DNA from: Pseudomonadota bacterium
Lineage (GTDB): Bacteria > Bdellovibrionota > Bdellovibrionia > Bdellovibrionales > Bdellovibrionaceae
Direction of reading: 5' to 3'
DNA length: 12,379 nt
NCBI GenBank assembly: GCA_041178425.1
Contig: JBEGVH010000004.1
Coordinates: forward strand, 1-12,379
The notes beneath the pieces were generated by a model. It did not search any database. It worked only from the letters and a program-made list of their open reading frames with translations, and was not told the origin of the DNA. Below are positions 1-6,989 of this stretch, in pieces. The stretch's first letter is position 1, and every line of letters begins with the position of its first letter. The translations under genes were made by a program, and so were the position numbers.

Positions 1-77
1 AGTATCGAGGGTGCAGAAATTCGCGAGAGCATGAATAAGCGCTACGCAAGATAGGTAGACTCTCAATTAATGTCCCA

Positions 78-123
78 TTAGGCTCTTCGGAAGTTTAAAC
101 TTACCTTTCGAGGAGCCTAAATG
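78..123 (+). promoter_or_regulatory. RNA hairpin sequestering the Shine-Dalgarno (and possibly the AUG) of the efflux operon's first gene
   Basis: 78-93 TTAGGCTCTTCGGAAG pairs with 105-120 CTTTCGAGGAGCCTAA: 16 bp, 14 Watson-Crick plus 2 G-U (86/112, 90/108). The SD GAGGAG (110-115) lies in the 3' arm. CAT at 76-78 can also pair with ATG 121-123 with one bulged A. Confidence 0.7.
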
Positions 124-1365
124 TTTGTGCAAAAAACAACCCTCATCGGGTTACTCCTTCTACTACCAAGCTCTGTTCTGGCTCTTTCTCCTATATCTCT
201 CAATGCCTTGATAGAAAGATCCCTTTCAAATCATCCTGAAAGCCGAATGTTTGAACAGCGTCGACACGCTACTTTGTCGATGATGGCCAGTGAAGTTTTT
301 CTTCCAAGCCCCATGATCGCTTACGAAGAGATGACTGGCGCAGGAATGCTGGGCTCGGGTCTTACCGGGATGAAGCAAACGATCTGGGAGTTTCGACAAA
401 AAATCCCCTTTTTTCCTAAAACCTATTTGAGCCGAGAGGTTTTAGAGCAAGAGGCGCAATCGATTGCGGCAGAACTGACGCAGGCCCAGAAAACCAGAAA
501 AGCCAAAATTACAACTGAGTATTTTCGCTGGTTGGCTATAAAGAAAAAGTTGAAAATAAAAAAGGAAGAAGAGCTTCTTTTGGCTCAGCTCATCGCCGTT
601 CAGCAAACTCGTTATCTTTCGCAAAAAGTTTCGCAGGTCGAGTTGGTGGCCCTTCAAATTGAACGTGGAAATCTTCTGACTGAGATCACCGAATTGGAAT
701 CCGAAGAGAAAAAACAACAAATCACCCTAGAAATTCTCGTCGGACCCGGTGAGAGTCTAGGTGGGTTCGAGCCTCAAGATCAAAAATTGATCCTCAAACC
801 ATTTTACGCTGGGGCGCCGGAGAAAGTTGCCGAGAGTCTCAATAAAAATAATTTGGAACTATCGGCCGCGCACGCGATGAATAAGAGAGGCCAAGCTAAT
901 GTTTCACGATCAAAAGCCGCGTGGGTTCCTGACCTTGAGCTGATGGTTTCCAGGCGAGAAGATGATTTGGGTAACAAGCAAGAGGGATGGCAGGTAGCCG
1001 TTGAAATTCCTCTTTGGTTGGCGGGGGAGCCCAGGGCGCGGGTGAGCCAGGCCAGAGCAGAGTCTCAGAATCTCGAAACAGCCTATATGGAAAAAAAGCG
1101 CCAACTGCAGTTAGAAGCCCAGGCGATGGTTGCGGACCAAAAGCAATTGCGAAAGCAACTGGAACTGATGGAAAACGGCCTTGTTCAATGGTCGAACCAG
1201 AACGTTAAATCGGCTCGTATTGCCTATCAAACTGGAAAGTTGGAGTATGCGAGCTTTCTTGCGCTCATGCAGTCGGCTTATCAAACACTCATAAGTTACG
1301 AAGATTTAAAAGTAAAAGTTTTAGACAATCAAGAGCAACTCCAAGTTCTCATGGGAGATACTTAA
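121..1365 (+). CDS. TolC-family outer membrane efflux protein (CusC/CzcC-like OMF)
   Basis: 414 aa; Sec signal peptide (LLLLLPSSVLA); two coiled-coil OEP-like halves with beta-strand motifs (FRQKIPF, VAVEIPLW) and AYQTGKLEYASFL; SD GAGGAG; first gene of an OMF-MFP-RND cluster. Confidence 0.9.
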   Translation: MFVQKTTLIGLLLLLPSSVLALSPISLNALIERSLSNHPESRMFEQRRHATLSMMASEVFLPSPMIAYEEMTGAGMLGSGLTGMKQTIWEFRQKIPFFPKTYLSREVLEQEAQSIAAELTQAQKTRKAKITTEYFRWLAIKKKLKIKKEEELLLAQLIAVQQTRYLSQKVSQVELVALQIERGNLLTEITELESEEKKQQITLEILVGPGESLGGFEPQDQKLILKPFYAGAPEKVAESLNKNNLELSAAHAMNKRGQANVSRSKAAWVPDLELMVSRREDDLGNKQEGWQVAVEIPLWLAGEPRARVSQARAESQNLETAYMEKKRQLQLEAQAMVADQKQLRKQLELMENGLVQWSNQNVKSARIAYQTGKLEYASFLALMQSAYQTLISYEDLKVKVLDNQEQLQVLMGDT

Positions 1366-1366
1366 T

Positions 1367-2482
1367 ATGGCCTCAATCTCATCTCAAAAACCAACAAAAA
1401 TTGTTTTTCTACTCGTTGGAGTTAGTTTGATTTCGGGAACGATTGGTTGGTGGCTGAATAAGCCATCGTCTTCTGTGTCCCCAGAGGCTAGCGTGGCTAA
1501 AAAGGTAGAAGAGAAAAAACCGATTTATCGCTGCCCTATGCATCCACATATAGTTTCTGATCGACCGGGACCTTGCCCGATTTGCCACATGGATCTTCAA
1601 ATTGTTGATGATGAGCCTGAGGGCACAAATTCAAATATAAATGAAGGGCCAGAGGGTCGCGCGGGGGTAAGCCTCACTTTGGAGCGCCAGCAATTGATTG
1701 GAGTCACCTACGGCAAGGCACAAAAAGAAAAACTCACTAAAGAAATAAATGCCACTGGCAAAGTAGCATTTGATCCGGATCTCTACACGGCTATCGAGGA
1801 ATACCGACAGGCTCGTTTGAGCTATTCGCAAATAGAAAAAGACTCTTATGGGTCTCTCAAGGAGCAAGCAGCCACTTTGTTGGAAGCGGCTCGCACTAAG
1901 TTGAAGCTCATGGGCTTTAGTGATGATAAGATCAAGAATATGGCGGATGCCCGTCAGGGTGGTATGGAGTTTCTTCTCCCAGACGGCAAAGCTTGGATTT
2001 ATGCGGAGGTTTTCGAATACGAAACAAGCGGACTGAAAATCGGACAAAAGCTCGAGGCGGTTCTCCCGTCGAGCCCTCAAAATATTTTTGAGGGAATCAT
2101 TTCTTCGATCAGTCCCTCCCTCAATAACCAAAACAGAACGGTCCGAGTGAGGGCGCAGGTTTTAGATCCAAAACGAATGCTTCGCCCCGACAGTTTTATG
2201 AATGTTCGTATATTGATTGATCTAGGGGACCGACTTTCCGTTCCTGATGAAGCCGTGTTGTTTTCTCAGGGAAAAGCTTTTGTGTTCGTCTCTGAGAAAG
2301 AAGGGCAGTTTCAACCGCGAATCATCGAAGTCGGAGAAAAAACCAGCAATCGCTATGAAGTCACAAGTGGTTTGCAAGAGGGTGAGAATATCGTCACGAG
2401 CGCAAACTTTCTTATCGACTCTGAATCTAAGCTGCGATCGGTTTTGGAGAAAGCTCAGCCATCTGGACACGAGGGGCACTGA
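1367..2482 (+). CDS. cusB: Heavy-metal RND periplasmic adaptor (CusB-like MFP) with N-terminal heavy-metal-binding domain
   Basis: N-terminal TM anchor; YRCPMHP...PGPCPICHMDL metal-binding motif; beta-barrel motifs (WIYAEVFEYE, RTVRVRA, LRPDSF); C-terminal GLQEGENIVTSANFLIDSESKL typical of CusB; His tail GHEGH. Starts 1 nt after the OMF stop and overlaps cusA (TGATG). Confidence 0.9.
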   Translation: MASISSQKPTKIVFLLVGVSLISGTIGWWLNKPSSSVSPEASVAKKVEEKKPIYRCPMHPHIVSDRPGPCPICHMDLQIVDDEPEGTNSNINEGPEGRAGVSLTLERQQLIGVTYGKAQKEKLTKEINATGKVAFDPDLYTAIEEYRQARLSYSQIEKDSYGSLKEQAATLLEAARTKLKLMGFSDDKIKNMADARQGGMEFLLPDGKAWIYAEVFEYETSGLKIGQKLEAVLPSSPQNIFEGIISSISPSLNNQNRTVRVRAQVLDPKRMLRPDSFMNVRILIDLGDRLSVPDEAVLFSQGKAFVFVSEKEGQFQPRIIEVGEKTSNRYEVTSGLQEGENIVTSANFLIDSESKLRSVLEKAQPSGHEGH

Positions 2483-5400
2483 TGATTGAAAAAATAATTG
2501 AATTCAGTTGTCGAAATAAATTTTTCGTACTTTTGATGACCTGTGTTGCCCTCGTGGGGGCGATGCAGATTTTAAATCGAATGCCACTCGATGCTATCCC
2601 GGATCTTTCGGATACACAGGTTATTATCTATAGCAAATGGGACCGCTCTCCAGACATCATCGAAGATCAAGTCACATACCCCATTGTAACGGCCCTCTTG
2701 GGTGCGCCAAAAATTAAAACCATTCGTGGTGTCTCCGATTTTGGATACTCTTATGTGTATGTCATTTTCGAAGACGGAACCGATCTTTATTGGGCCCGAT
2801 CTCGAATCGTTGAGTATCTCAACAAAATCAGTTCACAGCTTCCTTCGGGAGTGAAAACAGAAATTGGTCCTGATGCCACCAGCGTTGGATGGGTTTACCA
2901 ATATGCGCTCGTTGATGAAGCGAAGAAGTTAAATCTTTCGGAACTTAGAACATTGCAGGATTGGACTTTGCGATTTCACTTGCAGTCCCTTCCAGGTGTT
3001 TCTGAAGTGGCTTCGATCGGTGGATTTGTAAAGCAGTACCAGGTGAATGTGAACCCCCATCGTCTACAGGGCTATGGCATCTCTTTGGCGCAACTTATTG
3101 AGGCGATCAAAAAAGGCAATCAAGACACTGGCGGTCGTGTGATTGAGATTGCGGGTTCAGAGTACATGGTGCGAGGCCGTGGCTATGCCAAGGGTGTTAA
3201 GGATATCGAAAATATCGTCGTTGCCAATGATCCACAAACTCACGTTCCCATTCTCGTGCGACACCTGGCGCGTGTGCAGTTGGGCCCCGATATGCGGAGA
3301 GGTGTGACCGATTTAGATGGACTCGGCGATGCCGTTGGCGGAATCGTGATTATGAGGCAGGGTGAAAACGCTCTCAATGTGATCGAGAGAGTCAAAGAAA
3401 AGCTAACCGAAATTCAACCGAGCCTTCCTTCGGGAGTAAAGGTTATTCCGGTCTACGATCGCTCCACTCTGATTGAAAGAGCCATCAGTACGCTCAAGAG
3501 CAAGGTAACGACGGAAGTTATTATCGTTAGTTTAGTTATTTTACTTTTCCTTTGGCATATTCCGTCGGCGATCGTTCCGATTCTTACGATTCCTATTTCA
3601 ATCTTTTTGGCGTTTATTCCCATGTACTCTATGGGAGTGACGACGAATATTATGTCCCTCGCAGGCATCGCTATTTCTATTGGTGTTCTTGTGGACGGGG
3701 CCATTGTCGAAGTGGAAAACGCCTATAAAAAATTAGAACTGTGGAATAGCGGGGGGCGCGTTGGTGATTTTCATGAAATTCGAATGAATGCGCTCAAAGA
3801 AGTGGGGCCCAGCGTATTCTTCTCTTTGTTAGTGATCACGGTTTCTTTTCTACCAGTGTTCACTCTTGTGGATCAAGAGGGGCGATTATTTTCGCCACTA
3901 GCGATTTCGAAAACACTCACAATGGCCTTGGCGGCAATATTAGCATTAACTCTCGATCCTGCGTTGAGAATGCTTTTTTCTCGTATGGATGACTATGATT
4001 TCAAGCCTCGTTGGCTTTGTCGCCTAGCCAATCATTTATTGGTTGGAAAGTATTATCCAGAAGAAGAACATCCCGTGAGTCGAACTCTTTACCGGTGGTA
4101 TGAACCGATTTGTAATTGGGTATTAAATAACATAAAGGCCACCATTGCCACCGCCTTGGTGTTAATGGCTTTAACCGTGCCGGTCTTCTTTCAGCTTGGC
4201 TCAGAGTTTATGCCGCCTCTTAATGAGGGAGATTTTCTGTATATGCCGACCGCTTTTCCGGGAATGTCGGTCACAGAGGCGCAGAGAATTGTTCAGCGCC
4301 AAGATGAAATCATTAAAACGTTTGGCGAGGTCAAAAGTGTCTTCGGCAAGGCGGGCAGGGCAGAGACGGCGACCGATCCTGCTCCCTTTTCGATGATGGA
4401 AACCACGGTGATGTTAAAGCCGGTGGAAGAGTGGCCCGCTGTTGATCGATGGTATTCCTTTTTGCCAGAACTTTTGCGCAAGCCCTTTTATTGGATCACT
4501 CCTCCTCATCGCAGCATGGATGAGTTGCGAGAGGCGCTCGATAAAAAGTTAAAGTTTGCCGGCATCCCCAACATTTGGACCATGCCGATTAAAAATCGTA
4601 TTGATATGCTTTCAACAGGAATTCGAACGCCCGTGGGCATCAAAGTAATGGGCCCCGACCTGCAGGTGATTCAAAAAATGAGCGAAGAGATTGAGGCGGT
4701 TGTTCGCGGTGTGAAAGGGACGACCAATGTTTTTGCCGAACGCACAAGCGGTGGTTATTACATCGACTTTCAGCTCAAACGAGAAGAGCTCTCTCGTTAC
4801 GGGATCAGCGTTCAAGATGCGCAAATGATAATTAGTTCTGCCATTGGTGGAGAAGTTGTTTCGAACACCATCGAGGGTCGCAGTCGTTTTGGCATTAGTG
4901 TTCGTTATGCCCGCGAGTTTCGCGAAGATGTGTCGGCCCTGGAGCACGTGATGGTGCCAGCCCCCAATGGAACTGAAATTCCGATGGCCCAGATTGCCGA
5001 CATCAAGTTAGTAGAAGGCCCGGCGATGATTCGAAATGAAAACGGGTTGCTCGCAGGTTTCGTTTACATCGATGTTAAAGATCGCGATATCGGTGGTTAC
5101 GTTGAAGAGGCCAAACAGTTAGTTGAGTCCAAAGTAAAGCCCGCTACCGGCTACAGTCTCATCTGGAGTGGGCAATATGAAAACATGATTCGCGTGAAGG
5201 AGCGATTGAAGGTTGTGGTTCCGATCACGTTGTTGATGATCATGCTGCTCTTGTATCTTAATACTCAGTCGTGGGTAAAAACAGCGATTGTTATGTTGGC
5301 GGTGCCATTCTCACTCATTGGAGCGTTCTGGATTCTCTGGCTACTCGGTTACAATATGTCGATTGCGGTTTGGGTGGGAATGATTGCCTTGATGGGCCTT

Positions 5401-5748
5401 GATGCCGAAACGGGAGTTTTTATGTTGATGTATCTCGATCATGCCTTTGATGATCAGGTCAAAGCAAATCGAATGCACACAATCGAAGACTTACGCGAGG
5501 CTGTTATTCATGGGGCCGTAAAACGCATACGCCCCAAAATGATGACAGTGATGGCGGCATTTATGGGTCTCACTCCAATCATGTTTTCGATGGGGACTGG
5601 CAGCGATGTCATGAAGCGAATCGCCGCACCAATGGTGGGTGGGTTAATTTCGAGTTTTGCACTTGAGCTTGTTGTGTATCCAGCCATTTTCTTCGTTTGG
5701 AAGAAGCGAGAATTGGAGAAGGCAACACTTCGCCTCAATGAGGGATAG
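2482..5748 (+). CDS. cusA: CusA/SilA-type Cu(I)/Ag(I) efflux RND permease
   Basis: 1088 aa; DAIPDLSDTQVII and GPDATSVGWVYQY motifs. The Met triad equivalent to E. coli CusA M573/M623/M672 is present (FLYM588P, APFSM638ME, RIDM709LSTG). Proton-relay equivalents are VDGAIV (D405), DAETG (E939) and RIRPKMMT (K984). Confidence 0.96.
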   Translation: MIEKIIEFSCRNKFFVLLMTCVALVGAMQILNRMPLDAIPDLSDTQVIIYSKWDRSPDIIEDQVTYPIVTALLGAPKIKTIRGVSDFGYSYVYVIFEDGTDLYWARSRIVEYLNKISSQLPSGVKTEIGPDATSVGWVYQYALVDEAKKLNLSELRTLQDWTLRFHLQSLPGVSEVASIGGFVKQYQVNVNPHRLQGYGISLAQLIEAIKKGNQDTGGRVIEIAGSEYMVRGRGYAKGVKDIENIVVANDPQTHVPILVRHLARVQLGPDMRRGVTDLDGLGDAVGGIVIMRQGENALNVIERVKEKLTEIQPSLPSGVKVIPVYDRSTLIERAISTLKSKVTTEVIIVSLVILLFLWHIPSAIVPILTIPISIFLAFIPMYSMGVTTNIMSLAGIAISIGVLVDGAIVEVENAYKKLELWNSGGRVGDFHEIRMNALKEVGPSVFFSLLVITVSFLPVFTLVDQEGRLFSPLAISKTLTMALAAILALTLDPALRMLFSRMDDYDFKPRWLCRLANHLLVGKYYPEEEHPVSRTLYRWYEPICNWVLNNIKATIATALVLMALTVPVFFQLGSEFMPPLNEGDFLYMPTAFPGMSVTEAQRIVQRQDEIIKTFGEVKSVFGKAGRAETATDPAPFSMMETTVMLKPVEEWPAVDRWYSFLPELLRKPFYWITPPHRSMDELREALDKKLKFAGIPNIWTMPIKNRIDMLSTGIRTPVGIKVMGPDLQVIQKMSEEIEAVVRGVKGTTNVFAERTSGGYYIDFQLKREELSRYGISVQDAQMIISSAIGGEVVSNTIEGRSRFGISVRYAREFREDVSALEHVMVPAPNGTEIPMAQIADIKLVEGPAMIRNENGLLAGFVYIDVKDRDIGGYVEEAKQLVESKVKPATGYSLIWSGQYENMIRVKERLKVVVPITLLMIMLLLYLNTQSWVKTAIVMLAVPFSLIGAFWILWLLGYNMSIAVWVGMIALMGLDAETGVFMLMYLDHAFDDQVKANRMHTIEDLREAVIHGAVKRIRPKMMTVMAAFMGLTPIMFSMGTGSDVMKRIAAPMVGGLISSFALELVVYPAIFFVWKKRELEKATLRLNEG

Positions 5749-5858
5749 TAACGAAATACTAAACTATTTGCATTGCGATTGATTAACCTTGTTTGGAAAG
5801 CTTAAACTTGAAAAGAGAGATTGGTTTTCCTGATAGATCTAGGCGAAAGGCAAGTGAT

Positions 5859-6962
5859 ATGTTGAGCTCTAATATCAAATTCAAGTTTCTTATTTGTCTG
5901 GTTATTTTGGTTCAATTTATTGTTTTGAGAGAAGTTCAGGCGTGCACAAACGACTCGTATGGCCTTAACAATAGCACCACTCAAGATATTGACGAGTGTG
6001 GAATCTGCGCTCGTGTCACGAACTCTATAGGCTCAAAAATCTTTATTCCTACCAAAACCGAAGCTGAGTGGCGGGCTTTTCTAACGAATAAACCGGCGGG
6101 TGTCACGCTCGGGTGTTGTCGATCATCGCAAACCTTTACCACATCGGGCTCACAAACCTGGACCCCTCCATCAAAATATTTTCCCTCGGGTTACTCTTAC
6201 TGCACAACGGTGAGTGTGGTGGCCGTGGGCGGTGGTGGCGGTGGTTTCGCTTACTCCAGCTATGCTCGCGGTGGCGGTGGCGGTGGCCTGGGTTGGAAAA
6301 ACAACATATCAGTCACCCCGGGAAGCTCCTATACTGTTGTCGTTGGGGCTGGCGGGGCCAGGGGCGCCTGGGGTTCTAACGCGAGCGCCGGTGGAAATAG
6401 CTACTTCATAAATACCTCCACTGTCTATGGGGGCGGTGGCGGTGGTGGTACCTATAATACCACGCCAGGCGCTGGGGGTAGTTATGCCGGTGATGGGGGC
6501 GGCTCCGGGGGATCCGGGGGCTATGGATATGTATATGCTGGTGGTGGTGGCGGTGCAGGTGGGTATGCCGGTAATGGTGGCGCTGGTTATGTGGCGTCTA
6601 GTACGTCCTATTATGGATCAGGAAATGCCGGTAGTGGTGGCGGTGGTGGCGGTGGTGGCTCTGGTGGATCTGGGGCTGTTGCCGGCGGCGGCGGTGGCGT
6701 CGGACTTAATGGCCAAGGTGCAAATGGAACAGCAGGTGCTGGTAGTACGGGCCATGGTGCTGGCGGTGGCGCGGGTTCAAGTGGAACAGCGGGAGCAGGA
6801 GGTTCTTTAAACTACTCTAATGGCGGTAGTTACGGCGGCGGCGGTGGCGGCTCCGATTACACGGGATCGCCGTACTATCACGGTAATGGTGCTCCTGGAG
6901 CTGTTCGAATCATGTGGGGCGTTGGCCGGAGCTTTCCATCAACCGATGCAGCGGCACCTTAA
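5859..6962 (+). CDS. Secreted glycine-rich protein: Cys-rich N-domain plus phage-type glycine-rich (polyglycine II-like) domain; putative adhesin
   Basis: ATG 5859 has an AAAGG SD 8 nt upstream and begins a signal-peptide-like segment (KFKFLICLVILVQFIVLREVQA|C), so it is preferred over the TTG at 5793. The N-domain is IDECGICARVTN...FIPTKTEAEWRAFL...P.GVTLGCC. It is followed by TFTTSGSQTWTPP...VVAVGGGGGG...ISVTPGSSYTVVVGAGG...GAVRIMWG..RSFPST, the frame of glycine-rich domains seen in phage virion/tail proteins. Confidence 0.8.
   Translation: MLSSNIKFKFLICLVILVQFIVLREVQACTNDSYGLNNSTTQDIDECGICARVTNSIGSKIFIPTKTEAEWRAFLTNKPAGVTLGCCRSSQTFTTSGSQTWTPPSKYFPSGYSYCTTVSVVAVGGGGGGFAYSSYARGGGGGGLGWKNNISVTPGSSYTVVVGAGGARGAWGSNASAGGNSYFINTSTVYGGGGGGGTYNTTPGAGGSYAGDGGGSGGSGGYGYVYAGGGGGAGGYAGNGGAGYVASSTSYYGSGNAGSGGGGGGGGSGGSGAVAGGGGGVGLNGQGANGTAGAGSTGHGAGGGAGSSGTAGAGGSLNYSNGGSYGGGGGGSDYTGSPYYHGNGAPGAVRIMWGVGRSFPSTDAAAP
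6228..6851 (+). repeat. Low-complexity GGY codon runs (poly-Gly) inside the glycine-rich CDS
   Basis: Multiple GGCGGTGGTGGCGGTGG-type runs (e.g. 6228-6245, 6270-6287, 6432-6449, 6541-6554, 6636-6659) encoding Gly5-Gly8 tracts; locally high GC. Confidence 0.75.
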
Positions 6963-6989
6963 AAGGCAAAGAATTAGCAGGTTCAGAGC

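Noticed and set aside
1..54. Possible gene fragment at the window edge (+ frame ...SIEGAEIRESMNKRYAR-stop, or a minus-strand start at 32, MLSRISAPSI...)
   Set aside because: Too short to choose between the readings; no recognisable motif and no Pro-rich stalling tail.
442..5738. Short alternative-frame and antisense ORFs inside the efflux operon (442-720, 910-1104, 1014-1208, 1409-1600, 1631-2131, 2222-2479, 2247-2489, 3453-3704, 4196-4396, 4293-4481, 4612-4947, 5508-5738)
   Set aside because: They overlap well-supported genes and have no motifs; shadow ORFs.
5793..5858. TTG-initiated N-terminal extension of the Gly-rich ORF
   Set aside because: ATG 5859 has an SD and places the signal peptide at the N-terminus.
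6113..6810. Alternative-frame ORFs rich in Val/Ala or Trp/Arg (6113-6379, 6214-6411, 6427-6810)
   Set aside because: Frame-shifted readings of the GGY poly-Gly codons.
6228..6851. GGTGGCGGT repeats as a CRISPR array or VNTR
   Set aside because: Irregular spacing and length, and fully explained by Gly codons; no cas genes.
6963..6989. Bidirectional terminator between the convergent adhesin genes
   Set aside because: No convincing stem-loop in the 27-bp gap.
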